Positions 41,447 to 53,668 of a stretch of 64,000 nucleotides of DNA are shown piece by piece. This stretch comes from Octopus bimaculoides (Eukaryota). Within the stretch, counting starts at the first letter, position 1. Each line of letters starts with the position of its first letter. The notes below the pieces were generated by a model. That model saw only the letters and a list, made by a program, of their open reading frames with translations. It was not told the origin of the DNA and made no database searches. The position numbers and the translations under genes are program-made. The DNA lies in NCBI RefSeq assembly GCF_001194135.2, contig NC_068986.1, positions 58,173,163 through 58,237,162 of the forward strand, in the 5' to 3' direction.

Positions 41447-42059
41447 GTATGCAGATATATGTATATGTCCATAAGCACATGCGTGATCACGCGCGCACAC
41501 ACATGCACAGACACATACATACATACATACATACATACATACATACATACACATATACATATATGCATACATACATACACACGCAACGACAAAAATGCGC
41601 AAGCGCGTACTAGACTCATTCGACTTATACCTTCTCTCCCCCTCTTTCTTTCTCTCTCTCTTTCTCTTTCTCTCTCTCCCTCTCTCATTTCTTGTACAGC
41701 TCCTTCATGTTTTCATCTCTTACTCATTTATTCCTCTCTTCATCCTCCTCCTTCCTCTAATATCCGAATCCAAATTAACCATTCTCCGTTGCTGGCAAAT
41801 CCCCTTCTCCACTCCTCTGTTATATTCTCCGCCCTCATTCTCTTTCCGTCATCGTCATCTTCGTTCGCAGTCATTGTTATTGACCTGACCTCTCCCCCGC
41901 TCCCTACCTCTACCATATCCACCCGTGTTCTTCCTACTCCTCCTCCTCCGCCTCTTTCTCTAACCTCCTTCTGCCCTGTAATATCTCATGGCTTATTTCT
42001 CTTTTTCTCCGTCTTCCACACCGCCTCGCCCACAACACACCAACGTTATTATTAAATAA

Positions 42060-42262
42060 ATTGGTTGAATCGTTAGAGCGTTGTACAAAACGTCCCTGCA
42101 TTATTTAGTTAGACTCATATACGCTCTGAGTTCAAATCCTAAGTCGACTTTGCCTTTCATCTTTCATTCCAAGGTTGATAAAATAAAATACCAGTCGTTA
42201 TTTTGAGGTCGATACAATCGACTATTCCCTTCCACCAAATATCAGCTTCGCTCTTCTTTTAG
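42060..42262 (+). mobile_element. SINE-A, diverged
   Basis: gaatcgttagagcg...acgctctgagttcaaatcc...gtcgactttgcctttcatc...gaggtcgatacaatcgact. Confidence 0.75.
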
Positions 42263-42333
42263 AAGCATTATAACCATGGCGGAGGGGCATAAGGCATTTT
42301 GTCTAACGGTTAACGATTCTATCAATTCGTCGA
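42263..42333 (+). CDS. Candidate 71-nt exon (ATG at 42276; MAEGHKAFCLTVNDSINSS), unknown gene
   Basis: Acceptor ctcttcttttAG, Kozak-like aaccATGG, canonical donor A|GTGAGT at 42334. No homology recognised, and the acceptor may derive from the SINE-A tail. Confidence 0.25.
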
Positions 42334-42441
42334 GTGAGTTATAACCGTTCGCAAATAGATCGGTCAATTTTTGGACAGATCTAGCGGCAACTCCTTCTGT
42401 ATCCCTCTCTTTACTTCTTTTTTTTTTTTCCCTCTCTGTAT

Positions 42442-42498
<57 letters not shown>

Positions 42499-44311
42499 TA
42501 CCTTTGAGTAGTGGTTGCTAGACAGACCCGCTCGCTCGATCTAATACATTTTCTGGAGAACGAGACGCTATATTTACACGATCATTCTTAAAGTGTAATG
42601 CAAACGATTCCAGCTGATGACCGGATATGAGTAATTCGGAGTACTGGAAGTTGGAATCTTTCAGTTATAATATATTAGAGAATATTCTACATTTGTATTG
42701 AGTCCTGTAATTCATTGCTTCTCAGGAAACAAGAGAATGTGCCTTCGCATTTATCAAACTGGTTTGATAAGTGCTAACGCTAAATATTAATGTATGTATG
42801 TATGTATGTATGTATGTATGTATATATATATATATATATATATATACATACATACATACATATATATATATATANNNNNNNNNNNNNNNNNNNNNNNNNN
42901 NNNNNNNNNNNNNNNNNNNNNNNNNNNNNNNNNNNNNNNNNNNNNNNNNNNNNNNNNNNNNNNNNNNNNNNNNNNNNNNNNNNNNNNNNNNNNNNNNNNN
43001 NNNNNNNNNNNNNNNNNNNNNNNNNNNNNNNNNNNNNNNNNNNNNNNNNNNNNNNNNNNNNNNNNNNNNNNNNNNNNNNNNNNNNNNNNNNNNNNNNNNN
43101 NNNNNNNNNNNNNNNNNNNNNNNNNNNNNNNNNNNNNNNNNNNNNNNNNNNNNNNNNNNNNNNNNNNNNNNNNNNNNNNNNNNNNNTATTAATGTATGTA
43201 TGTATGTATGTATGTATGTATGTATATATATATATATATATATATATACATACATACATACATATAGATAGATAGATGTAAAGGCTCACACACACACACA
43301 TGCATTCGTATACGAAGCAGGTTACAAGCGCCGAGTGAGTGTAAAATGGTAACCAAACATTCTTAAAGTGTATCAGTGCACGAACTTCGATTTCAGCTGT
43401 TTTTGTTAAACACATTTAGTTTCACTTTCAGATTGTGAATTATATGAAATTTCACTTCATTTCACTTCCAATGAGACTGAAGTTGTCTATGTAATGGAAC
43501 TGATGGTAATTGCTACGATAGACTTCATGATGTGGCTAGACCTACTAATAATAGCAGTCAAATCTCCCTCAAATAAAACTTTACAGTCTTTAGAAATATG
43601 AAAGACTAGATAATGTAGTTCTAGATGGATTATTCTTGAAAACTAGGAGTAATCATAGCTGGAAGCCTTTAACCAAATGTTCATCTGGAACTAAACAACA
43701 AGAACAGAACATGCAAATAACATCCAGAAGGTTTAGCTGTCTTTCTACTGATTTTGTTATTGTTGCTGTTTAGCTTTGCGTCAACATTGATCAAGCAGCG
43801 CTGTGATCAAGTGTTTCAGCCGTAAATATCCCGTCTTTATTTTTGGCTTAGCATGTCTAGGACTACATTATCAAATGTATCCATTTTTCAAAGATTGAAG
43901 AATACATTTTGAGGTAGATTTGGCAGGTATTTATTTCAAACATGTGGGATTGACCATGTGGCGGATACCTCGTCGTTGTTCCATAGGCCAGTTGCTGAGT
44001 GATAAACAATAACTTGTGTAGTTCTTTCATGCACGGGTGTGTATACACGCGCGTGCGCACACACAATGTCTCTCTTTTTTCTCTCTTTCTCTTTGCTCGG
44101 CTATACTCAACATAATAAAATATATTCATTCATTCAAAGCTAGAAGCTTACCCTCTGTTGCCACTCCGGGCTTCCTGTTATCTCCTCCATCCTTCCGCTC
44201 TTTCTCTCTTTCTCACCCTCTCTTTCACATATGTGTGTGTGTGTGTGTGTATGTATTTATGTGTGCGTGTGTGTATATATATAAATAAATGTGTGTGTGT
44301 GTGTGTATTGA

Positions 44312-44342
<31 letters not shown>

Positions 44343-44443
44343 NNNNNNNNNNNNNNNNNNNNNNNNNNNNNNNNNNNNNNNNNNNNNNNNNNNNNNNNNN
44401 NNNNNNNNNNNNNNNNNNNNNNNNNNNNNNNNNNNNNNNNNNN

Positions 44444-44488
<45 letters not shown>

Positions 44489-46704
44489 CACACACACTCA
44501 CATACACCCCACCTTACATACACACACACACACAAATCATATATCATTTGTCTGTTTCGGAATGGACTTTTCCAATTATTATTTATTTATTATTTCATTT
44601 TATTTTATTTTTGTTATTAAATCAAATATTTTCCATCATTTATTTATTAATCTATTTTTTATTTGTTTCCTTATATATCTAGATTTGATTTTTATTTGTT
44701 ATTTTCCCCTATTTTCTATCAATGTTTCAACTAAATTCGATAAATCGATTTCCATCAATGAATGCCAAGTAAAGATTTTATATTTATTGGGGACATAATG
44801 ATTAATATCTCTGTGTTTTCCCAATCACCTAGACTGACATTGATATAATAAAAGTTCGTTAAAAACAACCCTGTAATGAACGAGGTAGACTCACTTTCTC
44901 CCTGATATAGATCGCCAGGAAACAGTTTCGATCACTGACTACTCAGTATTGAAATCTACAATAAATCTACACACACTCAAGTGCACAGATTTTACAGTAC
45001 GTATGTGCATAAGTGTTTGCATTTGTCGCTTATTGTTTGCTAATCAAAATATACAAGCACTGTTGTGTTAGTGTGTGTGTGTGTGTGTGTGTGTGTTTGT
45101 GTTAACCCTGGTAGGTGAGAAAATGAGAGAATGGAGAATTTAGCACGTGTTGTTGAAGTTGGTGATATATAATAATACTGACTAAGGTTAACACTTTTGA
45201 AAGTTTCGTAGGTCTAGATACGTGTCTACATCTCCAGTTATATAGGGTGAGAGTTTGACTTAGAAAGAAGGTCTTGATGATTTAGACATATAACTGCGCC
45301 TTCGAAACTAAGTGATGTATATGCAAATGCGTTGATTTGTATATCCTCGCATGCATATTCATGTATATGTATATGCGTATATGTCTGCATATAGAGATGT
45401 GTATATGAACATAATAATGCGTGCATGGGAACATATATGTGTGTATGTGCGTGTATGCGTGTACGCATGTATATATGTGTGTATGTATACATATGTATAT
45501 AATAATACAAATAATATGTGAGTATATGCATATATACGTACATGTATGTACATACCTACATCTACATGTATATATAGATGCATATCTGGGTACAGGACGT
45601 CACAAAAAAACGTGGACAAAATGAAAAAAGAGAACATAAACAAAGCACGGAAAACAAACTTTTTTTCGGACAACGGTAGGAACACACAGGAAAACCGATA
45701 GGCCACATAGNNNNNNNNNNNNNNNNNNNNNNNNNNNNNNNNNNNNNNNNNNNNNNNNNNNNNNNNNNNNNNNNNNNNNNNNNNNNNNNNNNNNNNNNNN
45801 NNNNNNNNNNNNNNNNNNNNNNNNNNNNNNNNNNNNNNNNNNNNNNNNNNNNNNNNNNNNNNNNNNNNNNNNNNNNNNNNNNNNNNNNNNNNNNNNNNNN
45901 NNNNNNNNNNNNNNNNNNNNNNNNNNNNNNNNNNNNNNNNNNNNNNNNNNNNNNNNNNNNNNNNNNNNNNNNNNNNNNNNNNNNNNNNNNNNNNNNNNNN
46001 NNNNNNNNNNNNNNNNNNNNNNNNNNNNNNNNNNNNNNNNNNNNNNNNNNNNNNNNNNNNNNNNNNNNNNNNNNNNNNNNNNNNNNNNNNNNNNNNNNNN
46101 NNNNNNNNNNNNNNNNNNNNNNNNNNNNNNNNNNNNNNNNNNNNNNNNNNNNNNNNNNNNNNNNNNNNNNNNNNNNNNNNNNNNNNNNNNNNNNNNNNNN
46201 NNNNNNNNNNNNNNNNNNNNNNNNNNNNNNNNNNNNNNNNNNNNNNNNNNNNNNNNNNNNNNNNNNNNNNNNNNNNNNNNNNNNNNNNNNNNNNNNNNNN
46301 NNNNNNNNNNNNNNNNNNNNNNNNNNNNNNNNNNNNNNNNNNNNNNNNNNNNNNNNNNNNNNNNNNNNNNNNNNNNNNNNNNNNNNNNNNNNNNNNNNNN
46401 NNNNNNNNNNNNNNNNNNNNNNNNNNNNNNNNNNNNNNNNNNNNNNNNNNNNNNNNNNNNNNNNNNNNNNNNNNNNNNNNNNNNNNNNNNNNNNNNNNNN
46501 NNNNNNNNNNNNNNNNNNNNNNNNNNNNNNNNNNNNNNNNNNNNNNNNNNNNNNNNNNNNNNNNNNNNNNNNNNNNNNNNNNNNNNNNNNNNNNNNNNNN
46601 NNNNNNNNNNNNNNNNNNNNNNNNNNNNNNNNNNNNNNNNNNNNNNNNNGTGTGTGTGTATTAATTAATAGTAGGAGATGGATTTCGTATTAGACTTTTA
46701 TTAA

Positions 46705-46749
46705 GTGTAACATATGTTTCGACCCATCAGTCTGGGTTTCTTCAGGTAC
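46705..46749 (-). ncRNA. Minimal type I hammerhead ribozyme motif, left pLTR (core intact; stem I and stem II mutated)
   Basis: RC: GUAC CUGAAGA AACCCA gacuga UGGGUC GAA ACAUAUGU U ACAC. Confidence 0.75.
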
Positions 46750-47855
46750 ATTGATAAAGAAGTCTCACAAAAAAAAAAAAAAACAATTTTGCTCATGCAG
46801 AGACAGATCCAAATGTCCCTTGGACAATTAATGCATGACCAGATATGTGGTGTATAAGTGCACAGTAAACTCGAGAGGAGGCTCTTACGTATATATCAGT
46901 GTATCGGCCGATATTTTCAAAAATCGATATCGTAAGCACATAGCCGGCTTTCGAAAAATCATTAAACTGTGTGTAACATCACTGGTTGATTTTATCTGGT
47001 GACTCAAAGAATAGAAGGCAAAATATGACCTGATCTGGTTCATAATTGGACATGCAAGTTCCTATAACACATTATCCCGGAAATACCAGCTATGTTCCGA
47101 AGAATCACTCTCAGTATCGTAAACAAAGGAGCACTTAATAAACTGATTTACGGAACAATTACCCAGTTGCCTGCATACAGCTAAGCACATATTCACACAC
47201 TACAATCTAACTACACCTAATTGATGCAAACCTAACACCCACAACTTGTATTAATCCCTCTGAGTTAAAACTTCATATACAAAAAAAAAAAGAACGTATC
47301 CGAATAACATGTATTTAGACATCCAGATGTGTATATGTATATATATGTATGTATCTGTATGTGAATTTATGTGTATATATATATATATATGTGTGTGTGT
47401 GTATGTCTGGGTCTATGTACGTATCTATATGCATCTTTAAGTATGAGTGTATATGTGTATATGCGGTTGTGTACTTACATATATGTGTTTGTGTATATAT
47501 GTATATGTGTGTGCATGTGTATATGTATGTGTGTGTATATGTATGTATACATGTGTGTATATGTCTATTATGAATGTGTATGTGTGTGTGCGTGCGTGTG
47601 TATGTGTTTATGCATGCTTGTGTGTCCCTGTCAGTCCGTCTGTATGTATATGCATGAACATGAAACTACTTGTCTAAGTATTCATCTTCCTTTCTCCTAT
47701 TTTCTTTTTCTTCTGGAACGCAAGATTTCCACGTTCATATTTGAGTTTTTTGCATTTCTATGATATTATTTGCTTTTATTCATTTTCTAACTTGATGGGC
47801 TTATAAGAACAAGCCAACTGGCACTAAAAATCTCTATTGAGATTTCTTTATCAAT

Positions 47856-47900
47856 GTACTTGAGGAGACCGAGACTGATGGGTCGAGACATATGTTGTAC
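47856..47900 (+). ncRNA. Minimal type I hammerhead ribozyme motif, right pLTR (stem I intact; core C3U and A14G)
   Basis: GUAC UUGAGGA GACCGA gacuga UGGGUC GAG ACAUAUGU U GUAC. Confidence 0.7.
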
Positions 47901-48098
47901 CTAATAAAAGTCTAATACGAAATCCATCTCCTACAGTTAATTAATAATATTACCCTAACTGCCACTGCGGAGTTCCTGAAGTAGATCCAACGGAAGGGTA
48001 CCACAACTGCGGATGACAACAGGTAGCCTAAACTGTGCCGGTACTCAAATCAACATTTAAGCACACTAATCGAATTATACTTATTCGTCCAAATTATT

Positions 48099-48137
<39 letters not shown>

Positions 48138-48805
48138 NNNNNNNNNNNNNNNNNNNNNNNNNNNNNNNNNNNNNNNNNNNNNNNNNNNNNNNNNNNNNNN
48201 NNNNNNNNNNNNNNNNNNNNNNNNNNNNNNNNNNNNNNNNNNNNNNNNNNNNNNNNNNNNNNNNNNNNNNNNNNNNNNNNNNTATATATATACTAGTTCT
48301 AAAATCTCTCTAAGAGATCAACGCAGTAGTTGTACTGACAAGTAATATTCGTAGCCACTTTAACATGGCTGTCCGTTCGAGCGGACTCTAACAAGAGAAA
48401 GAGACCCGTCATCAGCAAACTTCAACAGCCAAGGAACGGACCAAGAGTTCTACAAACAGAGAAGAAGACAGTAATGGTCGAGGTAATTCGTATAATTTAA
48501 GCAAAAATGATCCAAGAGAAATAATTTAGCGTCAGTTGTGGAATGTATTTAAATAACATTACGAAAAGACAGCTTGATTGTCTGATGACAAGGTAACAGC
48601 TATGAACACACTTTTTCCTTCCCTCATTCTTGCTAACTTATACACCTTCACTAATTAAACAGCTGACTTAGATAAAGTAAAATTGTACTACTTGTGTTCA
48701 TGTGCGTTTATTTACAATACACACATGCATGCGTACATACATACATTCATTCATACTTATATATACCTACATACATACATATGAATGTCTGTGTATTCAT
48801 ATATG

Positions 48806-48849
<44 letters not shown>

Positions 48850-48924
48850 TGTGTGTGTGTGTGTAAATATTTGGCAATACGATAGCTGAAACCAGATGAC
48901 CAAATTGTAAGGAAATGTTCTACT

Positions 48925-49405
48925 CTATGCACAAGGCCCGAAATTTTGGGGACGGGGACCAGTCGATTAGATCGACCCCAGTACGCAACAGGCACTTAAT
49001 TTATCGACCCTGAAAGGATGAAAGGCAAAGTCGACCTCAGCGGAATTTGAACGTAAAGACNNNNNNNNNNTCGACCCTGAAAGGATGAAAGGCAAAGTCG
49101 ACCTCAGCGGAATTTGAACGTAAAGACAGACGAAATGCCGCTAAGCATTTCGCCCGGCGTGCTTACGTTTCTTACTTCTTTATTTCCCACAAGGGGCTAA
49201 ACATAGAGGGGACAGACAAGGACAGACAAAGGGATTAAGTCGATTACATCCACCCCAGTGCGTAACTGGTACTTAATTTATCGACCCCGAAAGGATGAAA
49301 TGCAAAGTCGACGTCGGCGGAATTTGAACTCAAAACATAAAGACAGACGAAATACCTCTAAGCATTTTGCCCGGCGGGGTAACGTTTCTGCCAGCTCGCA
49401 GCCTT
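48925..49405 (-). mobile_element. Two tandem SINE-A copies with different 3' tails (standard tail at 48925; alternative tail at 49171-49236)
   Basis: Both have gtcgac...ggaatttgaac and cgaaat(g/a)cc(g/t)ctaagcattt(c/t)gcccggcg. The second ends (RC) in tgtctgtccttgtctgtcccctctatgtttagccccttgtgggaaataaag. Confidence 0.88.
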
Positions 49406-49855
49406 CTAGTAAGGAAATATTGAATGAAATACAGGGTGTTCAAATAGTCTCTCCGCAGTAAGTATTTTATTTATAATCTTGTATAAGATTACAAAAGAAT
49501 ATATTAGATTTTACAAAACTTTACAAACTTTATAAAAAGTATTGAAAGTGTCGTCTTTCATTTTCAATACATAAGTTGACTCTTCTACACATGTATTGAA
49601 ATACATCTTGGAAAAGTCTGACTCTTGGAGAGTCAGGATGAAAAAATTCACTGCGGAGAGCCTTTTTGAACACACTATATAACAAGCTTCTTTTGAATGA
49701 ATTGTGAATTCGTTGGATCACGTCGTGGTGTTGATCTTTCTATCCCGCATCCTACCTATTTATCAATCATTTTTATCAGTTATTTTATCTACCTGTCTGT
49801 TTCTCTATCGAACGGGAGGTTTGTCCTGTTTACCACTGTGTCTACTGTTCTGTGC

Positions 49856-49931
<76 letters not shown>

Positions 49932-50008
49932 NNNNNNNNNNACAAAGAAATATTAAGAAACCGAAAAAATTAAAAAAGATATATATAAGGCTATAAAGAG
50001 GGATACAC

Positions 50009-50053
<45 letters not shown>

Positions 50054-50939
50054 TGTGTGTGTGTGTGTGTGCGTGTGTGTGTGTATGCGTGCGTGTATGT
50101 ATGTTAAGTATTTGTGCGTGTGTGTGTATATACATAGTTCTGGATAGAAAGCAAGCAAATACTTTTGGAAGTTTGTGCAGCAAAACAAAAATCAAAACGT
50201 TAAGAATAAGAAAATCAGCACAAATTAAAAAACAAAAACAGCAGAATAACATTTTTTTAAAGAAAGCAATCAGAACAACTACAACATCAAACATGTCGAC
50301 GACAATATAAGGAGGCGGTCGGTTGGCGTTGAAAGGCCAGCCCTGTTGTCTAACATAGTAGACAGCATGACAGGTCACACAGTGAGAGAGAACTAGTAGA
50401 AAGAATAGGAGGTAGATAGGCGGGGGAGGAGGAGGAGGAGGAGGAGAGTATCAAAGCCATCCTTTGGTGGGTGAGGAGAGGGAGAGAGAGAGAGAGCTTG
50501 TAGAAGAGGTGGAGGGGGAGACGTTAATGCAAAACATGGAGGAAGGGTGGAAATAAAGTAAGGAAGAGAAGAGAAGAGCTCCAGATTTTGATGCACGCCC
50601 CAGTAAGTCCAAAAGACACGCAAGCAAGCATACACATACATGTAACTATGCAGGCACAGTAGCACGCATAGATCACCCAAGGAAGATACGAACACACACA
50701 TACACACACATACAAACACGCACATACATACACATACAAACACAAACCTTAGTTAACGAGGGAACGTCTATATGGCTGTCCAACTTGCTTTAAAGGACAA
50801 CCAAATCCCGACTCAGTCGACTTATAAATGGAAAGAGACATTAGATAACACAGATTTGTTTGAATCTGGGGAAAGGCAGGATGGTCAAAGAAGGAGCGTC
50901 TTTGCTCAGTCAGGGTTAGCCGGGAGTCTAACAACCACA

Positions 50940-51085
50940 ATAACAACATATTGGTTTCGAATTTCGGGAGAAGGTCGGTAATTTCGGAGGAGCGGGTAAG
51001 ACGAATACATCGACATCAGTACTCCACTGGTACTTATTTCATCGACCTCCGAAAGGATGAAAGGCAAATTCAACCTCAGCGGAAC
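50940..51085 (-). mobile_element. SINE-A 3' part
   Basis: catcgacatcagtactccactggtacttatttcatcgacctccgaaaggatgaaaggcaaattcaacctcagcggaacttgaact. Confidence 0.8.
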
Positions 51086-51126
51086 TTGAACTAGGTTCCC
51101 CCCACTCTCTCTGTCTCTCTCTTTCC

Positions 51127-51209
<83 letters not shown>

Positions 51210-52059
51210 NNNNNNNNNNNNNNNNNNNNNNNNNNNNNNNNNNNNNNNNNNNNNNNNNNNNNNNNNNNNNNNNNNNNNNNNNNNNNNNNNNNNNNNNNNN
51301 NNNNNNNNNNNNNNNNNNNNNNNNNNNNNNNNNNNNNNNNNNNNNNNNNNNNNNNNNNNNNNNNNNNNNNNNNNNNNNNNNNNNNNNNNNNNNNNNNNNN
51401 NNNNNNNNNNNNNNNNNNNNNNNNNNNNNNNNNNNNNNNNNNNNNNNNNNNNNNNNNNNNNNNNNNNNNNNNNNNNNNNNNNNNNNNNNNNNNNNNNNNN
51501 NNNNNNNNNNNNNNNNNNNNNNNNNNNNNNNNNNNNNNNNNNNNNNNNNNNNNNNNNNNNNNNNNNNNNNNNNNNNNNNNNNNNNNNNNNNNNNNNNNNN
51601 NNNNNNNNNNNNNNNNNNNNNNNNNNNNNNNNNNNNNNNNNNNNNNNNNNNNNNNNNNNNNNNNNNNNNNNNNNNNNNNNNNNNNNNNNNNNNNNNNNNN
51701 NNNNNNNNNNNNNNNNNNNNNNNNNNNNNNNNNNNNNNNNNNNNNNNNNNNNNNNNNNNNNNNNNNNNNNNNNNNNNNNNNNNNNNNNNNNNNNNNNNNN
51801 NNNNNNNNNNNNNNNNNNNNNNNNNNNNNNNNNNNNNNNNNNNNNNNNNNNNNNNNNNNNNNNNNNNNNNNNNNNNNNNNNNNNNNNNNNNNNNNNNNNN
51901 NNNNNNNNNNNNNNNNNNNNNNNNNNNNNNNNNNNNNNNNNNNNNNNNNNNNNNNNNNNTCTACAAAACGACTTCTAACACTAATTCTTTGATTTACTTA
52001 TATAACAACGTCCTTGTGATGCCTCCCTTATCTATGCTCCCGTGACTAATAAAAGAAAT

Positions 52060-52133
<74 letters not shown>

Positions 52134-52135
<2 letters not shown>

Positions 52136-52335
52136 GGGTGAGCTGGCAGAATCGTTACCACGCCGGGCGAAATGCTTACTGGTATTTCGTCTGCCGTTAC
52201 GTCCTGAGTTCAAATTCCGCCGAGGTCGACTTTGCGTTTCATCCTTCGGGATCGATGAAATAAGTACCATTTACGCACTGGGGTCGATGTAATCGACTAG
52301 CCTCCTGCACCCAAAATTTTCATGACCTTTTGCCA
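52134..52335 (+). mobile_element. SINE-A, young-looking full-length copy
   Basis: agggtgagctggcagaatcgttaccacgccgggcgaaatgc...gagttcaaattccgccgaggtcgactttgcg...ctggggtcgatgtaatcgact. Confidence 0.92.
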
Positions 52336-52394
52336 AGAGTAAAAACAGTAATAATAATAATAGTAATTATTATTATTATTATTATTATTATTGA

Positions 52395-52720
52395 AGTGCC
52401 GTCAGCCGAACATGTCCGAGATGTGTACAGGACGACGAGACAGTCCTACATGCACTCGTCCAGTGCTCGATCATTGCTGACCTGTGGATTTATGTCGAAC
52501 ACCTGCTGTCGCGTGCAGGGCGGATCTGACTGACAACTGAATCGATCGTGAAGATCGCCCCAGTGCCTTCCTTTAACCGAGAAGAGAAGGCTGTGTTTAT
52601 ATGCCTGGTAGCCATGGCGAAAGAAGTTGTATAGTGGACGAAATTGAAGGGACTAAGGACAAACACTTTCCTCTGACCAATCCCTGATCAACTTCTTCAA
52701 GTTTCATTTGAAAAGGAAAA
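52395..52720 (+). mobile_element. L1/Tx1-clade LINE ORF2 C-terminal zinc-knuckle fragment
   Basis: SAVSRTCPRCVQDDETVLHALVQCSIIADLWIYVEHLLSR.. (CxxC-x8-H-x4-C), two in-frame stops, later LINFFKFHLKRK after a frameshift. Confidence 0.8.
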
Positions 52721-52725
52721 TATTA

Positions 52726-53145
52726 TTAAGGCGGCGAGCTGGCAGAATCGCTATCGCCCTGGACAAAATGTGTAGCGGCATTTCGTCCGTCTTTACGCTC
52801 TGAGTTCAAGTTCCGCTGAGGCCAACTTTGCTTTTCATCCTTTCAGGGTCAATATTATAAGTACCAGTTAAGCACTGGTGGGTCGATATAATCGACTTAC
52901 GCCCTCCCACGAACTTGCTGACCTTGTGCCAAAAGTTGAAGCCATCATTGTTGTTGTTGTTGTTAAGGCAGCCAGCCGGCAGAGTCGTTAACACGCTGGA
53001 CAAAATAGCAGCATTCCGACAGTCTTTGTGCTCTGAATTCAAGTTCCGCCGAGGTCGACTTTGCCTTTCATCCTTTTTGGGTCGATGTGATCGACTTCCC
53101 CCTCCCCTCAAAAACTACTGGCCTTATGCCAAAATTTTAAGCCAT
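52726..53145 (+). mobile_element. Two tandem SINE-A copies
   Basis: taaggcggcgagctggcagaatcg at 52727 and taaggcagccagccggcagagtcg at about 52963. Confidence 0.88.
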
Positions 53146-53150
53146 TATTA

Positions 53151-53223
<73 letters not shown>

Positions 53224-53224
<1 letters not shown>

Positions 53225-53452
53225 TTATGTTTGACTTTTGCTTTGCATTTGTACAAGTTGGCTCCAAATCTCACCCAGAGACCTCAAGAGACAAGTTAGA
53301 AGTTCATGTAGGTGTTATGCCTAGGGTACCATATATTTGGTTTTGTACACAGTGTTGTTCTAGTGAATATTTAAGAAACCATAAGAAAATAATGTGTTTG
53401 TTTTTAAATTTGAGATTATATAGACAGTATTTTACGTAGGATATGGGCAGTT
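53224..53452 (-). mobile_element. R4/Dong-like RLE LINE, extreme 3' end (lineage B)
   Basis: RC codes TAHILRKILSI* followed by an approximately 190-nt 3'UTR and a (TAA)n tail; (AAT/AAC)n on the 5' side. Confidence 0.8.
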
Positions 53453-53456
53453 ATAA

Positions 53457-53488
<32 letters not shown>

Positions 53489-53567
53489 GTTGTTGTTGTT
53501 GTTAGTAGTAGTATTGTTGTTGTTACTGTTGTTATTATTATTATTATCATTATTATTATTGTTGTTG

Positions 53568-53665
<98 letters not shown>

Positions 53666-53668
53666 GAT
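53453..53668. repeat. Compound (TTA/TTG/TCA)n microsatellite
   Basis: Direct reading; source of the poly-Leu and poly-Ile ORFs. Confidence 0.97.

Larger units (their letters stand above)
46659..47946 (+). mobile_element. 5'-truncated Penelope-like element: inverted pLTR + degenerate GIY-YIG endonuclease + direct pLTR
   Basis: Arms 46659-46767 and 47838-47946 are reverse complements (about 110 bp). From 46784 the + frame reads QFCSCRDRSKCPLDN*CMTRYVVYKCTV..YVYIS..FKNRYRKHIAGFR..TSLVDFIW*LKE..YDLIWFII..Y..YQLCSEE, then with frameshifts LNK / SCLH. Confidence 0.9.
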
